This document shows, piece after piece, positions 34,595 to 46,557 of a stretch of 64,000 bases of DNA. How positions within the stretch are numbered: position 1 is the stretch's first letter; every line of letters starts with the position of its first letter. Source of the DNA: Eledone cirrhosa (taxonomy: Eukaryota). The DNA lies in NCBI GenBank assembly GCA_964016885.1, contig OZ024740.1, positions 169,694,001 to 169,758,000 on the forward strand, read 5' to 3'. The position numbers and the translations under genes were made by a program. Under the pieces are notes generated by a model. It was not told the origin of the DNA. It searched no databases and was given only the letters and a program-made list of their open reading frames with translations.

Positions 34595-34991
34595 TATTAA
34601 AGAAATAAACAGATTAAACAAAGATGGCGTAGATATACAATACAACAGGAGGAACATAGTAGCACCACTGACGATGTTACAGATGTGCAACGAAAGAACT
34701 TTGTTAGACTATATATATATGTGTTTGTGTCTATATTATATCTGTATTTTTGAGTGTTGGTCAGTCAATGGTAATCATTGAGGACCGAATGAATTACAGT
34801 TAATTGACAGTTAACTGACGAGTGGTGCTACTATGTTCCTCCTGTTGTATTGTATATCTACGCCATCTTTGTTTAATCTGTTTATTTCTTTAATATAAAA
34901 GATACAGAAGTGAAAACCAACCAAACAGTGAGTGTCTTCTTTTATTAATTTTGGCAATATTATTACAACAATATGACCCTCCCCAAGTATT

Positions 34992-34997
<6 letters not shown>
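34595..34997 (+). mobile_element. Solo PLE pLTR with internal inversion and hammerhead core (34660-34707)
   Basis: 34595-34675 is reverse-complemented at about 34822-34895. Core CTGACGA t gttaca gatg tgcaac GAAA gaac TT. Ends accctccccaagtattacaa followed by (TA)n. Same family as 48515-48790. Confidence 0.72.
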
Positions 34998-35049
<52 letters not shown>

Positions 35050-35153
35050 AAATAGATTAAATTAAATTAAATTAAAGGAGTCATGTCCGAGACATGCGCC
35101 ATATCCACTGTAGAATAAGCTCAAAGATTCCAATGAATACATCCGAGCATTTT

Positions 35154-35611
35154 ATATCATCTAGAAATTGATTGACATATATATATATATATATATATTT
35201 AAAATAAATACATGAAACAATCACAGTGTAAAGTGTGTAAACATACACAGCTAGCATGGGAGGACGCTAGCATGTTGTTAGTAGTTTTAGAATTGCAGCA
35301 CGTGTGATAGGTCTCTCGCAAATTTGTATTAGATGCTTAAGCACAGACAGTTATGTCTTCCTCCTTGCTGATGATCTAAGATTTAACTGCTGTGATTTTG
35401 CGGAATTTTAGTGAAATATATTTCTTTAATGAAATATATACAAGGAGGATTAATCATTTCTTAAGAGGTAATATTTAAAGATCTAGTTAAACTTTAATTA
35501 GTTACCCACCTAGCTGTGTGTGTTTACACACTTTATAAATTATCCCCTGTGATTGTTTCATGTTTTTATTTTAAATATATATATATATGTCAATAAATTT
35601 CTAGATGATAT
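35154..35611 (+). mobile_element. Non-coding element with about 100-bp inverted ends around a hammerhead
   Basis: tatcatctagaaatt...acacagctag (35154-35253) versus ctagctgtgt...aatttctagatgata (35510-35610). Confidence 0.75.
35359..35449 (+). ncRNA. Type I hammerhead with a full stem III
   Basis: tcctccttg CTGATGA t ctaagatt...aattttag t GAAA tatatttc tttaat gaaatata TA caaggagga: 9-bp stem I, 8-bp stem III hairpin, AUA triplet. Confidence 0.8.
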
Positions 35612-36236
35612 ATATATATTATATACTTTACAGGAATCTAAGCAACAAAGGACACGCATGAAAAGAAGTTAACAAAAAATATGAAAAAGGAAATATATTG
35701 AAAAGTGATTGCTAGATTGCTAGCTTAATGGAAAATTAAACGAGGTGGATAAGATACTCTAAGATTGGTTTGAAGAGAAATAAAAGAGAAAAGCTCTTGA
35801 TTCGACGAGCCGTTGTTTTTAGCCGAATCCTATTTCTTAGAAATTTACTCAAGGGACAGGCATGGCAGTGGGGTTAGAGACGTTCTTCTTCGCAACCACT
35901 GGCTTTCGAGACCAACCCCACTGCTCGGGATGCATGTATGTATGTCTGGATGTATGTATGTATGTCAGTATGTCTATCAGTAGGTATGTCAGGTATGTAT
36001 GTATGTATGTATGTATGTATGTATGTATGTATGTATGTATGTATGTATGTATGTATGTATGTATGTGTGTATATATGTATGAAGATACATAATTTCAAAT
36101 TGACATATAATAAACATTTGTGTGTGTTTGAAGAATTGTGTTATCCATTATGGTGTTTATCTGCATGCTTAATGTTACGATTCTCCCGTGAAATCGACCG
36201 GTATCATTAAAACAGAATCCTGTAATATCGTTAAAA

Positions 36237-36326
<90 letters not shown>

Positions 36327-37059
36327 TTCGAAGAATATATGTATTCTACCAGCTTTCTATGTTAAACAACGGAGATAATGATTCATTCAAATGATTTCAA
36401 ATTGTGTATACTTTTGAGAAACACATAGTATTTTGCACACATATATAATACAAATAATATTCAAGTAAAAATACACACTTAAGGTGGAAAAGGTATATTT
36501 CCTGAGGGTATGTTTCATAGTCGAAGAGACGCAGGCTAAAAAAAAATCGATCTAAGCACACGATTATCGATTACCAACTATCGTTTCCTGTAAAGCCATC
36601 GGAAGACAAGAAACTACTCATAAATGGAATTTTCTTTAGATATGTCCCACACTGTACAAAATACCTTTATATCTTCTGAGTGGAGAGAGTCTGATGAAGC
36701 TTAATTTTTTACTGAATATTATTTGTATTATATATGTGTACAAAGTATGTGTTTCTCAAATGACGTAAGACCTTGCCTCTCTCTAAATATATATTCAAAA
36801 TTTGAATTATATAGACATATATATACATAGCTGTCAAAACTGCCGGAGCTCAGACGCCGGGGTCCTGACTCTTTTCCTATATATATATATATAACCTTAC
36901 TCCCTTTTCAAATATATATATATATACATATAAAACCATGTTCCTTAAACCTTTGATGGCAACGCCAACCCCTCTCCAAGTCAGGGCACAGTTGAATTTT
37001 TCCAAAGAAACCCAGTCTCTGTGTATGTGCGTGTGTGAGAGAGAGAGAGAGAGAGAGAA

Positions 37060-37134
<75 letters not shown>

Positions 37135-37359
37135 CAACTTAGTGGACTGGTAATTTATTCCCGACTTTACCATTCGGGTTTAAAGAGAAATTTTATATAT
37201 ATTTATATTTATTTATGTGTGTGAGTGTGTTAGCGTGGTATGTGTGTGTGTATGTATGTGTGTCTACGTGTGCGTGTGTATGAATGTGTATTTATGTATC
37301 TACGCAATTTCCTTGTAATAGCTTAAGGACGGCTCAAAGTAATGAACTAATGGACTTAC

Positions 37360-37647
37360 ATGTTACCGTCAACTTTTGTGACACTGACGTTGAACCTTCC
37401 TTATTAAAAGCTGTACATTTATAATCTCCGCCGTCTATAACTGTCAAATTGTGTATCACAAGGTTTCCACCCTTCTGCTCATATTTCTTGGCGTTCTTGA
37501 CAATACTCTTACTATCTTTCGTCCACTTGTACTTCGGCAGAGGGTGGCCTGTGGCAACGCAAGGTAGTTCTGCCGTCTTTCCTATCTCGATTTTCATACC
37601 TGTATCAGCAGTTTCGATGTTTGGTGGCTTCCCAACATTAGGAGGAT
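37360..37647 (-). CDS. Dscam: Dscam exon, Ig3
   Basis: Acceptor attttcag, donor gtaagt, 288 nt, phase 1/1. Translates DPPNVGKPPNIETADTGMKIEIGKTAELPCVATGHPLPKYKWTKD...GGNLVIHNLTVIDGGDYKCTAFNKEGSTSVSQKLTVT, an I-set Ig domain. Confidence 0.92.
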
Positions 37648-37742
37648 CTGAAAATTCAAGAAGAAAAGATGTAATTCAAACATAACTCCCCTCTTTACCG
37701 TCTCTTCATCACAACCATTATCATCATTCTCTTTATCCTCAC

Positions 37743-37744
<2 letters not shown>

Positions 37745-37775
<31 letters not shown>

Positions 37776-40700
37776 AGTTGCATTTATCTTGCTTTATGTT
37801 CATACGAGTTATCACAACGTCACAACTAGTGACCTCAAGAGACGACAAGGTCCGCCATGTTCAAGAAAGAACATACATACTCACACATGCATCTTTAGGT
37901 GTTTAGTCTTTTGATGTACTTATATTGACAGAATCTTCCTTAGTATATGGGCAGTTCCCATTAGTACTATCTTTTGTATTTCTCCTATACGCGGGTTTCC
38001 TGGGATTTGCTATAAGTAATCATTAGACCCCTTAGGTATCATTCCTAGAGCGCCTACAACCACTGGTATTGTTTTAGTTCTCAATTTCCACATTTTTCCA
38101 ATTTCTATCTCCAGGTCCTTGTACTTGCTCAATTTTTCAAATGTTTTTCTAGATACATTCTTGTCTATTGGGCATACCCTCTTTTTAAAGTCCTTCAATA
38201 TTATATCAGGTCTATTTGCATCTATTTTTCGCTCTGTTTGGATGCTAAAGTTCCACAAGATTGAGATGTGATCTTTTTCGAGTATGGGAAGTGGTTGATG
38301 CTCCCACCAATTCTTTTGATGGGGTAGGTCAAAATGCTTACACATTATCCAATGTATGTATTGTGCAGCTCTGTCATGCCTGTTTAGGTATTCGGTTCGA
38401 AGCTATAGGACCGCACATTGAAATTATATGATCAATGGTCTCTGGTTGTTTTTTACATACACGACATAAAGGGTTACATCCATTGTTTATTATGTTGGCT
38501 TGGTAAATTTTGTTGGCAGACACTGATCTTGTGCTGATATAATCAGTCCTTCAGTCTCCGATTTCAGTCCAGTGGATGCTAACCACTGATGGGTTATAGT
38601 TTTGTCAACATCAGGATTGTTAGCTCTTTCTGGGTATTTTCCAAACAGAGGCTTTTCTTGCCATTTCTTAGCCAGTTTCTGTAGCAGTTCTTTCTTTGCA
38701 GTTACTTTTACCTGCTTTGATTTTTCTGTGTTTTTCATTTCAGCAGTAAATGGAACTTCTGAAATTTGTAATCCATTACTGTATCTTTGTGCATCTTTTG
38801 TAATGGAGTATGATCTTTTGATGCTTTCGTGTTTCAAAACGAGTTTGATCATCCAATCATGTGATTCCCTTAGATATGTAGATACTCCAATTGTTGCAGT
38901 TTTCAACGCAATATCTTACTGAATTTACCAACGTCCCCCTTCTTTCCTAGGGAGATAGAATTCTAACTGTATCTGCCTTAGGGTGACGCATTCTGTGCAT
39001 GGTTAAGAATTTTCTAATTTTTGTACCGAGCCTACGGATCTCTGTACTTGACCAGTTGATGACATTGTAACAGTAGGTTACTACTGGTATGACAAGCGTG
39101 TTTATGGCATCGAACCTATTCCTTGCATTCAATTCCGTTCTTAAGATTGCCCTTACTCTGCGGTAACATTCCTTCCTTATCCTTTCCCTCATTGTCGAGT
39201 GCTTGATTCCGTCTCCTTCACAAACACCTAGATATTTGTAAGTTTCCTCTTGATCAAGTTCTCTTATCACATTCCCCCGATCAAGATTAATCTCTGAACT
39301 TTTCAGCAGCTTTCTTCTGGTGAACGTTGCTTTGGCGCATTTATCTAGTCCAAACTCCGTTTTAATGTCATCACTGAACTGCTTCACAGTGGATAATATC
39401 TCTTGCAATTGTTCATCATTTTTTGCGAATAGTTTCAGGTCATACATGTAGAACAAGTGATTAATGGTTTTGTCATAGACTTTATATCTATGTTTTGTTT
39501 CATTGAGCATTTTACTTAATGGTATAAGTGCGATGCAGAATAAAAGTGGTGATAAAGAGTAACCCTGAAAAATTCCACAATTAATATTAACCTCTCCAGC
39601 TTCCAGTGATTTTTTTTTCACTATTCAAAAGGAGTGTCGTTTTCCATGTCTTCATACTGAATAACAGGAACCTCCTGACAACAGGAGATATTTTGAAAAT
39701 CTCTAAACATTTTTCAATCCAACTGTGTGGCAAACTATCGAATGCTTTTTTATAATCTATCCAAGCAATTGATAGATTTTTGTGTCTATTATGACAATCT
39801 TCCAGTATCATTTTGTTAACCAAAAGATGATCTTTACAGCCATATGAGCCTCGTTTACACCCTTTCTGCTCATTGGGAAATAGATCATTTGTTATCAGGT
39901 GGTCATATGTATATTCAGTTAGGACTAATGTTAAAATGTTATACATTGTGGTCAAGCAAGTTATCGGTCTGTAATTTTGGGGATTGTTTGTCTCATTCTT
40001 CGGAAGTAGGAATGTAATGCCGTTAACTAGCCATGATGGTATCTTTTCTGGCTCCTTAACTATTTCATTGTAAAGTTGGGCTAACAGCTCATCAGACTCT
40101 GTGAAGGCATTTATCCAAACATTTGGTATTTTGTCTTTTCCTGGGGATTTCCATTTGCTGGTTTTTCTTAGAGCCAAACGCAACTGTTCAACTGTTATAT
40201 TTTCCCATGTTTTTTCCTCAAGGTGAGCTGTATCTTTCATTTGTCTGTCTATCCATGGGGCATGTATATTATGAACTTTTTCTTCGGCCCAGATCTTTCC
40301 CAGAATTCTTGCACTTCCTTCTTGGGTGGTATTGATTTACCAGTTATTGTTGACTTGCCAATATTTCTGTAGAAGTTTCTTTGGTTGTTTTTTAACATAT
40401 TATTGTCCTTATAGAATCTAGATCGTTTTTCAAAGCGCCTTATACGAGCAGCTTTGGCCGACACTTTTTGGTTGATTATATCTATCAGCATGTCAATGTC
40501 ACTTGTTGATTTTACACTGTATTTTCTTTTCAATTTTCTAAGTTTAGTTTGTTTAACATGTTCACCTCCTTTGTAGTTTGTTAAAATTTCTATGTCAGAT
40601 CGGAGAAGGTTTATTTGGCGATTGATGTTCTCTTGCCAAGTAGATTTATTGTGGGAATTCCTTTGTTTTTTCGTTTTCACTCCACATATGTGAGTGATGA

Positions 40701-41700
40701 CTTTAGCCGATACATAATAGAGATGTTTTAGATCAGTAATGTTTAGTTTGTTTGTGATGATAATGTTTTTGAGAATTATGTTAGTCTTTTGGTTCTGTTT
40801 GGAGTTCTGGATCTTAGGGAGAGTGTCTCGTTCCCCCATGTCAGATTCTTTCATTTTCATCCATCCGATCATAATTTCATCCTTCAAGTTGGCAGGTTCA
40901 TTCTCATTAATTTCTTTATCATTTATGATCTCATTGTTTTCATTTTGAGTTTCATCTTGAGCATGCACTCTCTCCACTTTTTCGATCCTTTCTTTAATTT
41001 GTTCTGCTGTCAGTGATTCCGCTCCAACCCTGGGATTCGAAGTGTTACAATTTACCTCGTTTTCACTGACACATGTTTCATTTTCCCTTCGCTGACTTTG
41101 TGCTAATAGCTTGATCTGATCAATTTCTATATCAGTTAGTAACTTTTTTTAACAATATTTCTTCGTATATTGGCTAGTTTGTTACTGTCAATATAGCCTC
41201 TGTTTTCAGGATGTTTTTTTTCCAGTTGATATATGTCTGTTCTGTATTCGATCTATTTGATGGATAGTACATGGCAGTGTAGAAAGCCCCAAGGACTTCT
41301 TTATTGTCTTCCCTTGACCATTTTCTCTCCTTTTCTTTGGATTTCTTGGCGGTGAGCATGGAGGGCTAACAATAGGAGTATTCCGGTTTTGGGAGGTCTC
41401 CAGCTCCGAAGTGATGGGAAGGTTTGAACTATTAGCTGATTTTTCGACCCCAGTCTGGTTCCTCGCTGAGGGACGCGGCCCTTTTTGACCCGGGTGACGG
41501 CCGATCCTGTATGAGATTTTATCATTTGACATTTACTTTATTTTGTCGCGTTTTATCCTTAACCGCCAAGGGGTAATCATTTCGTGTTACCACTTCTAGG
41601 ACGAGTGTCAACCAAGACTGGAGGGGTCGTCCTCCCCTAGAGACACGGCTATTCCCCGCCGGCCGCCATCCAGGTATTTCTTCGTCACGGGGTTTTCTTT
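37745..41700 (-). mobile_element. Near full-length decayed R4/Dong-clade non-LTR retrotransposon (RT + CCHC + RLE endonuclease)
   Basis: Frameshifted ORFs 40249-40977, 39587-40240 (KSPGKD, NYRPITCL, EQKGCKRGSYGC, AWIDYKKAFDSLPH), 38947-39621 (GIFQGYSLSPLLF, HLFYMYDLKL, YKYLG), 38490-38906 (ETEGLIISAQDQ) and 38010-38345 (ANRPDII, KYKDL, IPVVVGALG). The 3' end runs into (TAA)n at 37745-37772. Confidence 0.9.
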
Positions 41701-42722
41701 TTTTGTTGTTTTTTAAATTGTTATTATCATCATGAGTGGTTCCTTAATGTGAGCATTGCGTCGCTTAAGAATGAAATTATTATTAATAATATAATATACT
41801 TTTTGTTGAAGTTGCCTGCTGTTGTGGTTGGCTATGTCGCTGGTGGTGCTGGGGCCTTTTCTGTTGTTGGTGGGGAAGGGGGGAGCCAGCAGTGCCACAG
41901 CCGTTGACGTTTGACCGGGTCACTAAGTCAGTCTATTTATATATTTTGCTAGCCTCTCCCTTGTCTAGTGATACCGCCACCTTCCCCTTTCTTAAGTTAA
42001 CAGAAGGTAGTGGGGGAATAGTGGTGGTAGCAATGAAGGAGTGGTGACGGCGGTGATGGGATAGTGGTAGCAATGATGGAGTGGTGGCGGCGGTAACTAT
42101 AGTGATGGCGTTGTCGTTACTGAGTTCTGTTGAATAGACTGTAGTAGGATGCGTTTGTTTGATCTGTATATCTATGCGGTTTGTCGCGTATGTTTAATAT
42201 AAGTGTTGACATATTTCCTTAATATTTGAATTAAACATTTTGAGGAAACTTGAGATACAATAATAGTAATTATTATTATTACCAGTAATACACTGGGTAT
42301 TTGCTGGCCTTGTGCCAAAAAGTAGAAACAATTATTATTATGCTAGGATTGGTGGTGGTGAAATTGCCGTTGTCTGGCTGTTGTATTTAATGTACATAGA
42401 GGGGTGATGGGGTAGGTGGTGTATCTAGGTTGTTGTGGTGGTGGCATTGCTGTTATTTGGCTGTTCTATATAGTTGTAGACAGAGGGGGTTTTCTTCCAT
42501 TAAAACATTTACAATTTATAATATAAAATATATAATTATTTATCGAATATAACAGATAATATCAGGATATATCTCAATTTTCTAATTGAGAGCTAAGGCT
42601 GGTGCTTTATGTCCCATTTGTACTAAGAACTGTTATATCACAATTGTTTTAAATATGTTAAAAATCAAAAACTTGCGGGAGCGATTCCATAACACTCTAT
42701 CCACCACGTGCGTCTCCTTCCC

Positions 42723-42754
<32 letters not shown>

Positions 42755-42756
42755 GG

Positions 42757-42900
42757 ATTGGCAGTATCGATAGAACGTCAGACACCATGCTTTGCAGCAT
42801 AGAATTATGGCCCTTTACGTTGTGAGTTCAAATCCCGTCGAGGTTAGCTATGCCTTCATCGTGGTCGATAAAATAAATGATCAGTAATGCACTGGGATCG
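42757..42900 (+). mobile_element. MetaSINE-like tRNA SINE
   Basis: ttggcagtatcgatag...gagttcaaatcccg...ggtcgataaaataaa. Confidence 0.7.
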
Positions 42901-43185
42901 ATTAATCGTGCCCCCCCCCCCCCCACAAATATCTGTGATTTATTACATTACTTTGTCTTCTAGATTAATTACAAATGACATATAATTATTATCACACTGT
43001 TGTTCAATAATCTATTTCAATCTGCTAGAGGTGAGAAGCCCTATCAAATTTATTTAATTAGAAATATTACTGTTATGGATTTCTTTTTTTTTTAGATTTT
43101 AATGTGTATAGACCATTGTTCTTATCAACTCATACTTTATAAATATGAAATGAAAATATTAAATAAGATTATTAAGTTAAATCAT

Positions 43186-43375
43186 TAATTGTTTCCACTT
43201 TTGGCACAAGGCCAGCAATTATCCCAGTGTATTACTGGTACTTTATTGTATCGACCCCCGTAAGGATGAAAGGCAAAGTTAACCTCGGCGAGATTTGAAC
43301 TCAGTCTGTAAAGAGACGTAACTGTGCTGCAAAGCAAGGCGTGCGACTCTCTACCGATACTCCAATCCACCGCCT
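43186..43375 (-). mobile_element. MetaSINE-like tRNA SINE with probable target-site duplication
   Basis: Full reverse-complement copy, flanked by the direct repeat taagttaaatcattaa at about 43172-43188 and 43375-43390. Confidence 0.82.
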
Positions 43376-43640
43376 AAGTTAAATCATTAATATTTCCTAA
43401 TAAGAAGCTCTAGTCTTCATATCACAACCACATATAATCTGCATCGTTCTGATCGGAATATGCATTGACGTTAATACTAATAACTATACACTGTAGTCGT
43501 AAGACGTTGGCCGGTTTTCATGCGATACGGAGGGTACTTCTCTGTCATGACTGCTGGTCACTTTTTTCTTTCTCTAATGGAATTTTACCCGATTTTATAA
43601 AAGATTATTTATAGCTTATTAAATCTTTATTTATAAGCGA

Positions 43641-43699
<59 letters not shown>

Positions 43700-43704
<5 letters not shown>

Positions 43705-43930
43705 ATAATAATAAATGTGAAGACTAAAATCCGAAGAGGGCTCGATAAGGTTAATATATATATAAAGTATATAAAAACCGTAGAGCAAATATTTATTAAA
43801 ATAACAGATTAAAGTTTAAGCAAAGAATGGCTGCTTTCACTCTTAATGGGAATCTTCTGAAACTCAGAAGATCCTGTTAACGGTGAAAGCACCGATTCTT
43901 TGCTTAAACTTTAATCTATTTTAATATATA
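43700..43930. repeat. Fold-back non-coding element; same family as about 16295-16482
   Basis: agattaaagtttaagcaaagaat...tcttctga aac tcagaaga...attctttgcttaaactttaatct. The terminus taaccttatcgagccctct is shared with 16431-16470. Confidence 0.7.
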
Positions 43931-43954
43931 TATAAATATATATATATATATATT

Positions 43955-44250
43955 GAAGTAATTCAGAGGTGTATGGGAGCCTCCCAAAGGTCAGCTCAAA
44001 AGTGACACAGGGGAGACTGAGGTTGGCTGGACATGCTCACCGACATCCAGAGTTGACATTACACTCAGTGCTCCTGTCGGAGCCCCTACATGGACACACT
44101 GGAAGTGGAAGACCAAGGTTAACGTATGTTGATGTCCTAAGGATAGACACTGGTCTGTTGAAGACGCAGGACATGGCAGCGGTAATGAGGGACAGAGACC
44201 GCTGGAGAGAACTCGTCCATGGATCTCGGGAATTTTACCCGCCCTAGAGG
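43955..44250 (+). mobile_element. 3' fragment of an RTE-like LINE
   Basis: ORF reads YGSLPKVSSKVTQGRLRLAGHAHRHPE...EPLHGHTGSGRPRLTYVDVLRIDTGL....MRDRDRWRELV, a typical RTE C-terminus (RL...GH..R; GRP..T..D; DR..WR). Confidence 0.8.
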
Positions 44251-44960
44251 TAAAAGAAAATAGAATGCTCTATGTAGGCTACATAACATTTTAGTTATGT
44301 AATAAGCAACATAAGATAATTATTTCATTTACCAATGGTTTCACGAAGACAGACGAACACAGCGTTTGTGAATAAATTGAATTATAACCTTGTACTAATT
44401 ATATATATGTGATTGTCCGCGTGTTAGAGAGCGAGTGTGTGCGTGTGTGTGCGTGCATGTGTGTAGATGCACACACAGTAACTTTACAATTCTTTTGTCA
44501 TTTCTGTCTTTTTCATTTTTCTGTCTCTTCGTCTGTTATATATATATATATATTTGTGTATGTGCGTATGTGTACGTGCGCGCGTGTATGTACATACGTG
44601 GTAACACATGTAAACAGTATCGATGCACCTTCATACATTACACAATAATTTTACACATACATACATACTCACTATAAAGACATTCAAAAGTGAGAAATGC
44701 AGCCACAAAAATCATATATTCGGTTCTACTTCACCCTCTCTTTTTCTGTATATATATACATATATATATATATAATATATATATATATAATATATATATA
44801 TAATATATATAATATATATATAATATATATATATATATATTATAAATAAAGTACCAGTAATGCACTTGTGCCAAAAGTAGAAACAATTAATACAACAATA
44901 TAACCCTCCCCAAGTATAACAATATTTGTTTCGACACACGATTTCATATCAAAAGCCTCG

Positions 44961-45021
<61 letters not shown>

Positions 45022-45027
<6 letters not shown>

Positions 45028-46059
45028 CAAATAACGAAACGAAATTAAATTTCGTTTCGTTTGTAACTCACTTTTGTATGACTGACGCTTAAACAATTAA
45101 GTTAAAAATGTACATCCACATATGTATACTGAAATACTAGTATGCATATGAATACACACACGTATACATATGTAGATGTACCGAGTTTTTCACTGGTCAC
45201 TTTACTGAGAGTGTCCAGCTATTCTGTATGTAAACACACAGACAAACCGGTTTTTAGAGTCATACTGGTTTTTGAGGAAACACCTTTCCTCTATTCTACA
45301 GAAAGCCAGACAAGGAATATTGAACTAGTTTCGACGTTGTTACATCTCATCAGCAATATTTACCTATCTTCCGGCCTTTCTAGAGAATCGTAAAAGCACA
45401 TATCGTTATATGCTTTTTCTATGAAAATTAGTAGTGGGCAGACTAATTTGCATAGAGCGTGAGTACGTACCGGTTCAACGGAAACGATAAAAACAAATAA
45501 CGAAACGAAATTAAATTTCGTTTCGTTTGTAACTCACTTTTGTATGACTGACGCTTAAACAATTAAGTTAAAAATGTACATCCACATATGTATACTGAAA
45601 TACTAGTATGCATATGAATACACACACGTATACATATGTAGATGTACCGAGTTTTTCACTGGTCACTTTACTGTGAGTGTCCAGCTATTCTGTATGTAAA
45701 CACACAGACAAACCGGTTTTTAGAGTCATACTGGTTTTTGAGAAAAAGCATATAACGATATGTGCTTTTACGATTCTCTAGAAAGGCCGGAAGATAGGTA
45801 AATATTGCTGATGAGATGTAACAACATCGAAACTAGTTCAATATTCCTTGTCCGGCTTTCTGGAGAATAGAGGAAAGGTGTTTCCTCAAAAACCAGTATG
45901 ACTCTAAAAACCGGTTTGTCTGTGTGTTTACATACAGAATAGCTGGACACTCACAGTAAAGTGACCAGTGAAAAACTCGGTACATCTACATATGTATACG
46001 TGTGTGTATTCATATGCATACTAGTATTTCAGTATACATATGTGGATGTACATTTTTAA

Positions 46060-46063
<4 letters not shown>
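45022..46063. repeat. Partial tandem (466-bp period) plus inverted non-coding element with hammerheads on both strands
   Basis: taaaaacaaataacgaaacg at 45022 and 45488; orientation flips at about 45743; (TA)n on both sides. Confidence 0.85.
45801..45845 (+). ncRNA. Type I hammerhead (mirror copy on - strand at 45316-45360)
   Basis: aatattg CTGATGA gatgt aaca acatc GAAA ctag TT caatatt: 7-bp stem I, 5-bp stem II, palindromic stem III, GUU triplet. Confidence 0.88.
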
Positions 46064-46101
<38 letters not shown>

Positions 46102-46107
<6 letters not shown>

Positions 46108-46471
46108 TAAAAGGAAAAGAAAATGCTGACAAATTTTTCCCAGTAAAAAATAGTTTAATTAGGAATAGGTATTGGTTAGTATTCAGTTTTAGTTTTAAGT
46201 TTTTACTGGTTGCGCATTTCTAATGCTTTTCAAAAATAATTTTGAGATAGAGCGCCTGTGATGTTTGCTCTAATCTGAGATTAGAGCAAACATCACGGGC
46301 GCTCTATCTCAAAATTATTTTTGAAAAGCATGAGAAATGCGCAACCGGTAAAAACTTAAAACTAAAACTGAATACTAACCAATACTTATTACTAATTTTT
46401 ACTTATTCCTAATTAAACTATTTTTCACTGGGAAAAATTTGTCAGCATTTTCTTTTCCTTTTACTAATATA
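46102..46471. repeat. About 370-bp imperfect palindrome; the arm family also occurs at 22066-22236
   Basis: ttagtaaaaggaaaagaaaatgctgac...gtttgctctaatct gag attagagcaaac...gtcagcattttcttttccttttactaa. Confidence 0.85.
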
Positions 46472-46502
46472 TCACAACTCGTGTGTTACACCTCTATTCT
46501 TT

Positions 46503-46549
<47 letters not shown>

Positions 46550-46557
<8 letters not shown>

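Noticed and set aside
36685-36780. CTGATGA near an inverted repeat (about 36413-36470 versus 36706-36760)
   Set aside because: No properly spaced GAAA/UH; only the diverged inverted repeat is supported.
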